25,331 nt of DNA, taken from the NCBI GenBank assembly GCA_045805065.1, contig JBJMMA010000048.1, positions 1 through 25,331 of the forward strand, read 5' to 3'. Of the stretch, positions 7,707 through 17,163 are shown piece after piece. Position 1 is the stretch's first letter; each line of letters starts with the position of its first letter. The notes under the pieces were generated by a model. It searched no databases, was not told the origin of the DNA, and worked only from the letters and a program-made list of their open reading frames with translations. Made by a program: the position numbers and the translations under genes. This DNA comes from Bdellovibrionia bacterium. Its GTDB lineage: Bacteria > Bdellovibrionota > UBA1018.

Positions 7707-9488
7707 ATGATGTCAAAAGCAGCGTCACGCAAACTCGGCATGGGAATAGTGGGAATCATGGGAACCATGGTTGTGGCGACCACTTCTTGTTCAGGACTTA
7801 CACCTGAGCGCAAGCCCTCATCGGAGCTAAAAGCAGTGAACAAGAAAGTCCGGGTGATCGCCCTCACCGACTTCCATGGGGCCCTCGAAAACGAAAGCGC
7901 AAATACGAAGAACGGATTACCGGTTCGCTATTCGGGCGCATCATTACTGAGCGCTTATGTGAACAAGCTTCGATCCATCGATGATACCCCTACTGTCGTT
8001 ATTGATGCTGGCGACTTATTTCAAGGTACGATGATCTCCAATTCTGCAGAAGGACGCCCTGTCATTGAGTTTTACAACTATTTAGGAGTAGACGCCGCGA
8101 CTATCGGAAATCACGACTTTGACTACGGCCCCGAAGGCGAAGCAATTGTTCCCAAGCGCCCAAGTGATGATCCACGGAGCGCCCTGAAGGCTCGTATCCA
8201 TCAGGCCCGCTTTCCGTTCCTGGCCGCAAACATTCGGGACAAGGACGGAAATATCCCGGATTGGGCCAAGCCTACGACGATGATCTCACGAGGCGGAGTC
8301 CGTGTGGGTGTGATCGGCATCGCAAGCGTCCGCACAAGAGACACGACGATCCTTCAAAACGTGGCGGATCTTTCGTTCATCGATCCTGTGCCCGTGATCA
8401 TCGAGCAGTCTCGCCTGCTTCGGGAGCAGGGCGCTGACTTCATTGTCGTGTCAGCGCACTCAGGTGGCGGCTGTAAAGACAATCGAGAGGAAAAGCAAAG
8501 AGATCTCTCTTCCTGCGACCCGAGCGAGCTCTTTGACATGACCCGAGCTCTCCCTTCTGGAACCGTCGACCTTGTTCTAGGCGGCCACACTCACCAGGGC
8601 GTTGTGAAGTATCTTCCGACGCCGGTGATGCAAAACTATGCAAAAGGAGCTTATGTCGGATGGGCTGAGCTTTCTGCATCTGCCTCGGGTCCTTCGATTG
8701 TCCAGCTTCACGGTCCCGTCAAAGTCTGCGGCGAAGTAGTCAATTCCAAGAAAGGTCCAAGCTGCGAGCCTTATGATATCAAGGCCTCTACTGAAGCTCC
8801 TGTGCAAGCAAGCTTCCTTGGCGCCAAGGTCGTCGCGGATGCGCAGGTGTCGGCGCTTCTCAAATCCGATGTTGATCGCGTCCAGGCAATCAAATCAGCT
8901 CCATTGGGAATCAAGGTCGAGCAAACCATGGCTCGCGATTATTACAACGAAACTTCGTTAGGCAACTTCATGGCTGACGTCTACTTCGATTACTTCAAGG
9001 ATTCAGTCGACCTCGTCGTTCTTAACAACGGAGGCTTCAGAGAAAACCTGAGTCCGGGCGATCTCACCTACGGAGACATTTTTTCCGTGATGCCTTTTGA
9101 CAACAAGCTGGCCATCATGACGGTCGATGGAAAAACCGTTCGTCGAATGGTGGAAATCGGGATCTCAAGAAAAGACGGAGGACTGTCCTGGAGCGGACTC
9201 ACCTTCACGGCGTCTCAATGCAAAGCAGAAAACATCGCTGTTCATAGTGCTCCGCTTGATGAGAACGGAACCTATCGTGTTCTCACTGCGGACTTTGTGG
9301 CCACAGGCGGCGTTGGCTTCTCGGAACTTAAGCTCTTGAACTCCCAAATCCGAATTTTGGATGATCAACCTGTCATGCGTGATGTAATGGCCGATGCGAT
9401 TCGAAAGCTCAAACCTTCAACTGCAGCTGGGCACTATTTCGACTCGGCCCACCCGCGACAGATCATTCGCGTGCTTTGCAGCCCTTAA
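7707..9488 (+). CDS. Bifunctional metallophosphoesterase / 5'-nucleotidase, probable lipoprotein
   Basis: Motifs TDFHG, DAGDLFQG, GNHDFDYG, SAH, GGHTH and C-terminal NNGGFR...VMPFDN. TTS-C lipobox-like site. GAGGA at 7697-7701 favours ATG 7707 or 7710 over TTG 7686. Confidence 0.92.
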   Translation: MMSKAASRKLGMGIVGIMGTMVVATTSCSGLTPERKPSSELKAVNKKVRVIALTDFHGALENESANTKNGLPVRYSGASLLSAYVNKLRSIDDTPTVVIDAGDLFQGTMISNSAEGRPVIEFYNYLGVDAATIGNHDFDYGPEGEAIVPKRPSDDPRSALKARIHQARFPFLAANIRDKDGNIPDWAKPTTMISRGGVRVGVIGIASVRTRDTTILQNVADLSFIDPVPVIIEQSRLLREQGADFIVVSAHSGGGCKDNREEKQRDLSSCDPSELFDMTRALPSGTVDLVLGGHTHQGVVKYLPTPVMQNYAKGAYVGWAELSASASGPSIVQLHGPVKVCGEVVNSKKGPSCEPYDIKASTEAPVQASFLGAKVVADAQVSALLKSDVDRVQAIKSAPLGIKVEQTMARDYYNETSLGNFMADVYFDYFKDSVDLVVLNNGGFRENLSPGDLTYGDIFSVMPFDNKLAIMTVDGKTVRRMVEIGISRKDGGLSWSGLTFTASQCKAENIAVHSAPLDENGTYRVLTADFVATGGVGFSELKLLNSQIRILDDQPVMRDVMADAIRKLKPSTAAGHYFDSAHPRQIIRVLCSP

Positions 9489-10099
9489 GTATCCTGCTTC
9501 ATTAATGCCGAAATCGCCTGGCTGGCGTCGTCCTTGCGGCTCTCAAGGCCACGGATCACGCCAGCACGATCGGCCTCCGAGCGGTTCTGACTCAGCTTGA
9601 ACTTGGACTGAATGCTTTCCACTTGAATGGAGAACCCGACAATCGCCTTCTCCAGAACTCCTGGAGCGGCAAGGTCTTCCGGGATCCAGAACTCCCAAGG
9701 ATCGGCGTTATCTTTTTCTGCAAAATCAGAAAGGACTTTCAGACATTTTTGAATCCCAGCCGGATCCTCAATGAGGGTGCAGCTACCTTTCACATGAACG
9801 ACTGCATAGTTCCAGGTTGGAACGTCATTCTCGGCGTACCATTTCGGAGTGATATACGCCTGAGGGCCGTTGAAGATGACATAGACAGGCTGCTTACCCA
9901 GGTACTTACTATGAGGATTAGCCCGCGCGAGATGCCCGAAAAGTGTGATCACATCTTCTGTCACCTCCACGACCAGCGGCAAATGGCTGACAAATGGGCC
10001 TTGCTCTGTCTGGCTGATCACAGTCGCTAACGGATACTTCTGCATCAACGCTAGCGATTGCACCCAGTCACTGTTTTCAAATCGTTTCGGTAGATACAT
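9485..10099 (-). CDS. paiB: PaiB-family FMN-binding negative transcriptional regulator
   Basis: MYLP.RF...YPLATV...SHLP...GHLARANP...YITP.WY...VPTWNY..VH...KLSQN. ATG at 10099 has GGAG upstream (ORF track extends to 10174). The stop overlaps the 5'-nucleotidase stop in the shared TTAA at 9485-9488. Confidence 0.9.
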   Translation of the reverse strand: MYLPKRFENSDWVQSLALMQKYPLATVISQTEQGPFVSHLPLVVEVTEDVITLFGHLARANPHSKYLGKQPVYVIFNGPQAYITPKWYAENDVPTWNYAVVHVKGSCTLIEDPAGIQKCLKVLSDFAEKDNADPWEFWIPEDLAAPGVLEKAIVGFSIQVESIQSKFKLSQNRSEADRAGVIRGLESRKDDASQAISALMKQDT

Positions 10100-10318
10100 G
10101 AATTCTCCATGCAGCAGTTCCCAGCTGATTTCCAGGAGAATGCAGGCATGCGACATTCCTTTGGCGCTATTCAAAACCCTATAAGTTGAGCATCAAATGA
10201 GTCGCAAATCGTGCAGGCAATGCAACGACAATAATGAAGAATTGTGAAGACTTTATATAAGCCATTGTAATTATTAGTTATTTAATTAATGAATCGGCTA
10301 CACAATTTTAAATAATAG

Positions 10319-10329
10319 ACCGATAATAT
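10319..10329 (+). promoter_or_regulatory. Candidate sigma28 (FliA)-type -10 element upstream of fibre gene 1
   Basis: ACCGATAATAT resembles the GCCGATAA consensus. The same CCGATAATA core occurs before fibre gene 2. The -35 match is poor. Confidence 0.35.
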
Positions 10330-10395
10330 TATTGGACGACTAATTATTTCCGCTCTGCATTGAACTTAAAAGGTCGTCCAAGACAGGTGATGCCG

Positions 10396-12150
10396 ATGTC
10401 GGGAACAACTGAGGGGAAGTTCTTTCGTAAGCGAATTAACAGCTATACTTTGGCTATTTGCTTCACCCTAGCGGCTACCTTCTCAAGTTCCGGGGCCTTT
10501 GCGTTCTCTGAGAACGCTCAGTCCTTTACGTATCAGGGCCAGCTGCTCAACAGCTTGGGCAATCCCCTTCTCGACCACAGCGTAGTCCTCGTTCTCTCCA
10601 TCTACAATCCAGCTAAGACCTGCCTCCTGTACGAAGAGACCCAAACGGTTGATACCTATGCTTCCGATGGAATGTTCTCCGTTCAAGTCGGACAAGCCAC
10701 GACCACAGGCGGAAAGCGCACTGCAAGCGATCCAGGCCTGAGAATGGCGACGATCTTTAGAAATGATGGATCGCAGGTTCGTGCCTCTGGCGCGAACTGC
10801 GCAGGGGGCTACTCTGCAACCGCCGGAGACTCTCGTTTGATGGCCGTGAAAATCACGCCAAGCACGACAGGCATTCAGGTCTCGCTGACTCCGGATGAAA
10901 ACATTGATTCGGTTCCACAGGCATGGTCCGCTGAAACTCTTCAAGGCATTCCAATTGGTAATTTCATTCAGCTCTCCGGCTCCGACGCTGTTGTACCAAC
11001 TGGATACGGCGTCAAGGTCAACGGATCTGAGGTGATTGATTCAAGCGGTCACTGGGTGGGATCAAGCTCTGGTCTTGCGGGTCCTACTGGCGCTACGGGT
11101 GCTGCTGGTACAACCGGTGCGACAGGTGCGACTGGCGGTGCTGGTGCAACCGGTCCTACGGGTGCGACTGGTAGCGCGGGTCCAACGGGTGCGAACGGCG
11201 CTACTGGCGCCACCGGTGCAACCGGTGCAACCGGTGTGACGGGATCTGCAGGCTCAGTGGGCTCAACTGGCGCAACGGGTGCTACCGGCGCTACCGGAGC
11301 GACTGGCGCCACAGGTGCAACAGGAACAAATGGTACAAATGGAACCAACGGCGCTACTGGCGCGACGGGTGTTACTGGCGCCACGGGCGCTACCGGTGTC
11401 ACTGGCGTAACGGGTGCAACGGGCGCGACCGGAACAAATGGTACGAACGGCACTAACGGTGCGACGGGCGCAACCGGAGTGACTGGAACTACGGGTGCAA
11501 CGGGAGTCACCGGTGCGACTGGATCTGCTGGACCTACAGGTACAACGGGCGCCACAGGTTCTGCCGGTGCGACAGGTGCAACCGGCACTGCTGGCTCTAC
11601 TGGTGCAACGGGTGCGACAGGTGTCACTGGCGCGACAGGTACGAATGGTTCGACAGGAGCCACGGGTGCAACGGGCGCTACAGGTGCAACCGGAGTCACG
11701 GGTGCTACTGGCGTAAGTCCATTCTCATTGAATGGCTCTAACGCATACTACACTTCCGGAAATGTTGGCATTGGAACAACAGGTCCAGCAGACGCATTAC
11801 AGGTCAGCGGAACAATACGTACGTCGAATGCATACGACAACACCAGCAGCACTTCGATTGACTGGAGCAGAGGGAACACTCAGTTCACCTCTGCAGGCTG
11901 CACGGGCACACAGTATACGTTCAGCAATATGAGAGACGGCGGTGTCTATACCTTGGCGATCACGGGAACGTTCTCGGCAAGTTGCACCTTTGGCCAAACC
12001 TCTCCTGATACTTTATCAGGAACGGCAGGCTCTGGAGCATTCTACTTCCTTCCAGGCAATGCAACGCCAAGCGGAAGCAATGCCGTCTTTTCGTTCATGA
12101 GAGTCGGAAACAAAGTCTATGTCACGTGGAACTCCGGCTTCGCTAATTAA
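10396..12150 (+). CDS. Exported collagen-like fibre protein 1 (long stalk)
   Basis: Signal peptide ending GAFA. N-domain TYQGQLL..G.PL...C.LYEE...GMFS..G, then 72 uninterrupted Gly-X-Y triplets, a GNVGIGT fibre repeat and a small tip domain (IDWSRGN.Q...TFSN...G..YTL). ATG 10396 follows AGGTG (ORF track start 10360). Confidence 0.85.
   Translation: MSGTTEGKFFRKRINSYTLAICFTLAATFSSSGAFAFSENAQSFTYQGQLLNSLGNPLLDHSVVLVLSIYNPAKTCLLYEETQTVDTYASDGMFSVQVGQATTTGGKRTASDPGLRMATIFRNDGSQVRASGANCAGGYSATAGDSRLMAVKITPSTTGIQVSLTPDENIDSVPQAWSAETLQGIPIGNFIQLSGSDAVVPTGYGVKVNGSEVIDSSGHWVGSSSGLAGPTGATGAAGTTGATGATGGAGATGPTGATGSAGPTGANGATGATGATGATGVTGSAGSVGSTGATGATGATGATGATGATGTNGTNGTNGATGATGVTGATGATGVTGVTGATGATGTNGTNGTNGATGATGVTGTTGATGVTGATGSAGPTGTTGATGSAGATGATGTAGSTGATGATGVTGATGTNGSTGATGATGATGATGVTGATGVSPFSLNGSNAYYTSGNVGIGTTGPADALQVSGTIRTSNAYDNTSSTSIDWSRGNTQFTSAGCTGTQYTFSNMRDGGVYTLAITGTFSASCTFGQTSPDTLSGTAGSGAFYFLPGNATPSGSNAVFSFMRVGNKVYVTWNSGFAN
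11071..11718 (+). repeat. Collagen Gly-X-Y repeat, 72 triplets, mostly Gly-X-Thr
   Basis: 648 nt from GLA to GVS with 9-nt periodicity and degenerate third codon positions. Confidence 0.95.
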
Positions 12151-12351
12151 AGCAAAGCTTCGTAAGAGCGCTTGGATTTCTCGCTGAATCCGCAAAAAGC
12201 AGAACATCAAATCAGTAGAGATGCCGTAACTCCGCAATACGACACTAATCTATTTCCATTGTGTATTATGAATCTATTTTAAAACGCTCTAAACTCATGT
12301 ACCCACTGAACTTTCACAACCCTCGCCCCCCTTACTTCAAGCACGCTTTTA

Positions 12352-12361
12352 CCCGATAATA
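12352..12361 (+). promoter_or_regulatory. Candidate sigma28 (FliA)-type -10 element upstream of fibre gene 2
   Basis: CCCGATAATA about 90 nt before ATG 12453, matching the motif before fibre gene 1. Confidence 0.35.
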
Positions 12362-12452
12362 AATTTAGACAAATAGCCAATAGTTGAACGTTCGCGCAAC
12401 CGGCATTTCTTCACTCAACTATCGATATTTATTACGAGGGAAAGCGAATCGT

Positions 12453-15089
12453 ATGAACGCAGCCTATGGCCGAAGAATACTCAGCACTATCGCCGTGCTC
12501 TTCTTCTCTCCTGCTGCTTTTGCGTTTTCGGAGAACTCTCAGACTTTCACCTATCAGGGTCAGTTGCTGAACAACGCAGGCTCCCCTCTCGCTGATCCCA
12601 GCGTCGTCCTTGTTCTCTCGATCTACGATCCAGGTAAGACGTGTCTGCTCTATGAGGAAATCCAGACGATCGACACCTCGACAAGCAGCGGGATGTTTTC
12701 CGTCCAGGTTGGGCAGTCCGCGACTACTGGCGGAAAGCGTACTGCGAACGATCCCGGTCTGAGAATGGCAACCATCTTCAGAAACGACGGATCACAAGTG
12801 CGCGCTGCCGGATCAAATTGCGCGTCAGGCTACGCTGCGTTGGCGGCTGACAACCGTGTGATGTCAGTGAAAGTCACGCCCAGCTCAACAGGAGTACAAG
12901 TCACTCTATCTCCTGACGAAACAATCGATGCAGTTCCACAAGCCTGGTCCGCAGAAACCTTTCAGGGAAAACCAATCGGTAACTTCATTCAACTCTCCGG
13001 ATCGGATGCAGTGGTGCCAACAGGCTACGGCGTCAAGGTCAACGGAGCCGAAGTCATTGATTCAAACGGAAACTGGGTAGGCGCTACCTCTGGTCTTGCA
13101 GGCCCAACTGGCGCCACAGGTTCTATTGGCCCTACGGGCGCAGCCGGAGCGACGGGTGCAACGGGAGTCACCGGTGCGACGGGATCTGCTGGCCCTACAG
13201 GTGTGACTGGAGCGACGGGCGCCACAGGTTCTGCGGGTGCCAACGGTGCTACAGGCGCAACCGGCGCTGCTGGCTCTACTGGTGCAACTGGCTCTACTGG
13301 TGCTACAGGCGCGACTGGCGCAAGCCCATGGACGATCAGCGGCTCTGATATCTACTACACCAGCGGCAAGATTGGAGTTGGCACTACGGGCCCTACAGGA
13401 CTTCTCGATGTTCAGGGCGGAACTTCCACCACCGGCAATGGTGTTGGCATCAATCTCGTTGCTCAATCGGGATTGGGAGCTGGCAACACGAACGGTGGAA
13501 ACATCAATCTGACAGCTGGTATTGCAGGCGGAACGGGAACTCCCGGCTGGGTGAACGTCAATCAGAATGGCATCAACTTTTCAGGAGCGAGCGGAGGTGG
13601 TGGCGCCAATCCTCCTGCAGGATTCAACGGCATTTATTCGTCTGGACTCAACCGACTGGATATCGGAACCAACGGCACCAATAGAATGTCAATTCTCGCG
13701 AACGGAAACGTGGTCATGGGAGCTTCGAGCACAAAAATCATTGGCAGCAACTTCTGGGACTACGGCACTAACACAAATGGCTTTGGAATGGATAATAACG
13801 GAGCTTATCTCAAGACCAACAGCTCAACTCGCCTGACCGTCGATCTCTCAGGCAATGTCGGTATCGGAATAGGAAGCCCGACAACAAAACTGCATGTCGC
13901 CGAAACGCGGACGGATCTCTCTGGATCGAAAGAGTCTTTTCGAGTCGCCACTACAATTGCACCGACGGGAGCAAGTAGCTCCTGGTTTTATCCTAATCGC
14001 ACACTAGCTCTCTCAGGTGGGACCAACCAGGACATCACCAATGGTATTGAAGCCACCATGAGCGAAGTAGACTGGGCAGAGACCTCTGTCCTCGCCAATA
14101 GCGTGGGAGTTGAAGGTATCTCAAAAAATATTTCCACAGGTACTGTCACCTTTGGAGTAGGTCTTCAAGGGACAATAATTAATTCTGGCGCGGGCACGAT
14201 GACAAATGCCAACGCCGTCAAGGGTGACATCAACAACAGCGGCGGCGGCACATTAACCTCGGCCATTGGCGGAAGCTTCTCAGTTTCCAACTCCTCTGGC
14301 ACCGTCACAACAGGAATTGGCGTCAAAGTCGGAACGGTTCAGGGCACATCGAAATACTCACTCTACGTGTCTGACTCAACGGCTCCTTCCTACTTTGCAA
14401 GCGACACGGGCATCGGAGCAACCAACCCTTCAGGAAAACTTGATATCAACCAGCCAAACGCTGGTTCCATTGCAATCCAGACCGAGAACTCGGGTGCCAC
14501 ATTCTGGAAAGTCCTGAATCCTACGGGTGGAGCAAGTGCGGGTTGGAACGCAGCCAATTCCATCATGTACATTGGCAGAGATGCTGGAACCAGCAGATCC
14601 ATCAATGCCTCAGGCACCATCAACGCAAGCGGCGCTGACTTTGCCGAGTGGGTTGAATGGCATGGCGAAAAGCCCGAAATGGGATCGGTCATCGAGTACA
14701 AAGGAAGCTACGTCGTGGTCTCCTCCCCTGCAACCGCCGCATTTGTCGGTAACGATACCCGAGATGCGGAGAACTCAATCCTCGTCGCATTTGCCGGACA
14801 GCTTCCGGTTCTAGTCCATGGAATCGTCCATGAAGGAGATCTCATCGTTGCTGCGGGCGATGGAACTGCCAAAGCGATTTCCAAAGCTTCAGCAACTCTT
14901 GCCGATGCTCAGAAGGCAGTCGGAACCGCGTGGGCATCGTCTGAGAATCCCGATCTCAAGCGCGTTCATGTCGCTGTCGGAATTGGCCTTTCAGGCGGGT
15001 TGAAAGACATGGAAAGAATCCGCAAGCTTGAGCAGGAAAACTCTGAGCTGAGACTTCGGCTGGAGAAAATCGAAAAAATGCTAAAATAA
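12453..15089 (+). CDS. Exported collagen-like fibre protein 2 (short stalk) with C-terminal Peptidase G2-like intramolecular chaperone
   Basis: ATG 12453 follows GAGGG (ORF track start 12384). Signal ending AAFA and the same N-domain as fibre 1. 26 Gly-X-Y triplets, then several G.(V/I)G(I/V)G...P...L.V fibre repeats and a Gly/Asn/Thr-rich beta region. Ends with GADFAEW...VAFAGQLPV...GD.IV and a terminal coiled coil. Confidence 0.85.
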   Translation: MNAAYGRRILSTIAVLFFSPAAFAFSENSQTFTYQGQLLNNAGSPLADPSVVLVLSIYDPGKTCLLYEEIQTIDTSTSSGMFSVQVGQSATTGGKRTANDPGLRMATIFRNDGSQVRAAGSNCASGYAALAADNRVMSVKVTPSSTGVQVTLSPDETIDAVPQAWSAETFQGKPIGNFIQLSGSDAVVPTGYGVKVNGAEVIDSNGNWVGATSGLAGPTGATGSIGPTGAAGATGATGVTGATGSAGPTGVTGATGATGSAGANGATGATGAAGSTGATGSTGATGATGASPWTISGSDIYYTSGKIGVGTTGPTGLLDVQGGTSTTGNGVGINLVAQSGLGAGNTNGGNINLTAGIAGGTGTPGWVNVNQNGINFSGASGGGGANPPAGFNGIYSSGLNRLDIGTNGTNRMSILANGNVVMGASSTKIIGSNFWDYGTNTNGFGMDNNGAYLKTNSSTRLTVDLSGNVGIGIGSPTTKLHVAETRTDLSGSKESFRVATTIAPTGASSSWFYPNRTLALSGGTNQDITNGIEATMSEVDWAETSVLANSVGVEGISKNISTGTVTFGVGLQGTIINSGAGTMTNANAVKGDINNSGGGTLTSAIGGSFSVSNSSGTVTTGIGVKVGTVQGTSKYSLYVSDSTAPSYFASDTGIGATNPSGKLDINQPNAGSIAIQTENSGATFWKVLNPTGGASAGWNAANSIMYIGRDAGTSRSINASGTINASGADFAEWVEWHGEKPEMGSVIEYKGSYVVVSSPATAAFVGNDTRDAENSILVAFAGQLPVLVHGIVHEGDLIVAAGDGTAKAISKASATLADAQKAVGTAWASSENPDLKRVHVAVGIGLSGGLKDMERIRKLEQENSELRLRLEKIEKMLK
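13092..13325 (+). repeat. Collagen Gly-X-Y repeat, 26 triplets
   Basis: 234 nt from GLA to GAS. Confidence 0.95.
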
Positions 15090-15173
15090 GGAGCAACTTT
15101 CTTTCATGAGGCCCGTAGTTCGAAGGGCGAACCTACCCGCCAGATCGATCCGCGCCAGGAGGGCGCAACATTC

Positions 15174-17009
15174 ATGAAGAAATGTTTTTCCACCGACAGT
15201 TTCAGCATTGCTCAAGCTCTTCTTATTGCGCCACTCGTGCTCACGGGTTGCGAAATTGATCAAGCAACTCTATCCAAACTGCTGCCTCAACCCGTCGTCA
15301 CCGTAACACCTTCTCCTTCTCCCTCCGCTTCTCCGTCTGCCTCGCCGTCGCCATCTTCATCTGTGACACCGAAGCCTTCGCCATCGCCAACCGTCACAGC
15401 GACTGTAACTCCAAAACCTACGCCTACCGTCACGGCGACGCCTACTCCTTCGCCAACAGTGACTCCGAGCCCTTCACCCACGAGCAGTGGCTCAGTCCTG
15501 TCGGCTTCACTCACGACCGCGGCCGCAACCTCTTTCTGCTCGAGCAAGACCTATCCAACCCAATGGAACTGGGCGGCGAGCGGCTTTGTCCAAACTGCAA
15601 GGTCTGCATTGGCCAGTGACAATCTGGCGCCAAAGATTGAGCAGCATCGCAAGATCAACGGCGTGGATACGGTCGTTGCCGTCTACAAAAGCTTCAGCAG
15701 CAGCAATACCTGCTCTGAGATTTGGCTTCCAGCAGGAAGCACGGGTTACTCCCCGTCTCAGCTTCAAACCATGGCTGACTCGGGCTGCGGACCTTTTGGA
15801 AACACATCTCATGTCGATCTGTTTCGCCTATGGCAGGACGGCGATACATTCCTCGTTTATCCAGCCGTATATACGGGAACCAACAACAACATCATCGTGC
15901 AGCCGCAAACGGATTACTACACCGGCCAGCCCGTCCCCGTTCATACGCCTGATCGCCTGACGATCCAGGGAGTTGAGCAAAACGGAATTCGCCCAGTGAT
16001 TCTTCGCAATGATGGCGGAGCTGGCGATTACGCCACCGCACAGGGCGCGATCTATCTTCTGAACAGCACCAATCTCACGATCAGCAACCTGGATGTGGCC
16101 CTGGGTCCGAATGGATATGTTTACAAAGGCATGATCTATGACAACGGAGCGGGCTACGGCGGAACCGATGCCAACGGAAATGCGATCACCGGAACCACCA
16201 CTCTTCGCAGCATGCGCATCTCCGGAGGCAAGCAAATCTCCGGGGGAGCAAACGGAATTTTCTCCACAGGCAACTGCGCCGGCACTCTCGCGCTCGAGAA
16301 TGTCGAGCTCTTTGACAACGGTGGCGACAATGGACCTGCACACAATGCTTACTTAGCTTCAAGCTCACTGGACCCTAACTTCACCGTGAAGTTAACCGGC
16401 TCCTGGACGCACGACGCAGTCTATGGCCATACCTTTAAATCGCGTGCCCAACGAAACATCATCACTGGAAACTACTTCGAGGGAGGCACTTTAAAAAACG
16501 GAGTAAGCGCAGAGTCCTATCTGCTCGACATTCCGAATGGCGGCGTCCTGGTCGCAAAGAACAACATCTTTGCCAAGGCAGCATCAGGCGGTGGCTCCAA
16601 TGCCATGTCCATTACTTATGCGATGGAAGGGGTCGCGGATCAGCGCACGCTATCGGTGGATATCGAGAACAATACTTTTGTCGCTTTCGCAGCGACAATC
16701 GATGGCTCTCATCCGCTCTACCCATTCGCCTTTGGCGGAGGCAAACTGCCGGGTGACGCGACATTCGCGTACCCGAACACCGTGGTCTCGAAGAACCTCT
16801 TCGTAGGCTATTGCCCTCAGAACAACGCCAATATGGATTATCGGGGAAGCCTCGCTCTGAGTGCGGGGTTCAGCGAGCTCAAGCAGGACTTCTCACTGCT
16901 TAATCGCTACACCGCCTCGGACACGTCCATCGTAGGGACTCAAGCCTACAAGCATGTGACCCAGCCGGGCCTTGTTCGTCAGAAAGCCACGATCGGCGCC
17001 GAGGACTGA
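15174..17009 (+). CDS. Lipoprotein with Pro/Ser/Thr linker and right-handed parallel beta-helix domain
   Basis: SD AGGAGG at 15157-15162 and lipobox VLTG-C. About 65 aa TPSPSP linker. Motifs HNAYL, GHTFKSRA, I.GNYF, SYLLDIPNGG, NNIF, IENNTF are typical of pectin-lyase-like beta helices. Confidence 0.8.
   Translation: MKKCFSTDSFSIAQALLIAPLVLTGCEIDQATLSKLLPQPVVTVTPSPSPSASPSASPSPSSSVTPKPSPSPTVTATVTPKPTPTVTATPTPSPTVTPSPSPTSSGSVLSASLTTAAATSFCSSKTYPTQWNWAASGFVQTARSALASDNLAPKIEQHRKINGVDTVVAVYKSFSSSNTCSEIWLPAGSTGYSPSQLQTMADSGCGPFGNTSHVDLFRLWQDGDTFLVYPAVYTGTNNNIIVQPQTDYYTGQPVPVHTPDRLTIQGVEQNGIRPVILRNDGGAGDYATAQGAIYLLNSTNLTISNLDVALGPNGYVYKGMIYDNGAGYGGTDANGNAITGTTTLRSMRISGGKQISGGANGIFSTGNCAGTLALENVELFDNGGDNGPAHNAYLASSSLDPNFTVKLTGSWTHDAVYGHTFKSRAQRNIITGNYFEGGTLKNGVSAESYLLDIPNGGVLVAKNNIFAKAASGGGSNAMSITYAMEGVADQRTLSVDIENNTFVAFAATIDGSHPLYPFAFGGGKLPGDATFAYPNTVVSKNLFVGYCPQNNANMDYRGSLALSAGFSELKQDFSLLNRYTASDTSIVGTQAYKHVTQPGLVRQKATIGAED
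15290..15483 (+). repeat. Low-complexity (T/S)P repeat linker
   Basis: Encodes PVVTVTPSPSPSASPSASPSPSSSVTPKPSPSPTVTATVTPKPTPTVTATPTPSPTVTPSPSPT. Confidence 0.85.
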
Positions 17010-17033
17010 AATCCTGCGATTGTAGGGTCAGAT

Positions 17034-17061
17034 TGAGCCCGAACGGTGACGTTTGGGCTCA
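17034..17061 (+). other. Strong stem-loop downstream of the beta-helix gene
   Basis: TGAGCCCGAACG-GTGA-CGTTTGGGCTCA forms a 12-bp stem with one G.U pair and a GNRA loop. It has no U-tract, so it is not a canonical intrinsic terminator. Confidence 0.6.
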
Positions 17062-17163
17062 TATCATTCCGCCAAACCCATCTATAACGCCGCTAAGAAC
17101 GACGGGCCTCGGCACTCGAGTTGCTCTCACTGGGGACTACCCTGATGAAGGAGGGGGCAACTG

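Noticed and set aside
9485..9488. Overlapping stop codons of the convergent 5'-nucleotidase and paiB genes
   Set aside because: A common compact arrangement with no sign of a special function.
11049..11699. 216 aa minus-strand PVA-repeat ORF, and the similar one at 13025-13243
   Set aside because: Antisense shadow of the Gly-X-Thr codons; no independent evidence of coding.
11071..11718. Periodic repeats as a CRISPR array or VNTR
   Set aside because: The 9-nt period has degenerate third positions and lies inside a CDS. There are no identical repeats with unique spacers and no cas genes.
10396..15089. Prophage or tailocin suggested by tail-fibre-like domains
   Set aside because: Both proteins have Sec signal peptides, and no capsid, sheath, baseplate, integrase or lysis genes are present.
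10396..15089. Diversity-generating retroelement or invertase shufflon acting on the fibre tips
   Set aside because: No reverse transcriptase or recombinase, and no adenine-specific TR/VR pair was seen in the window.
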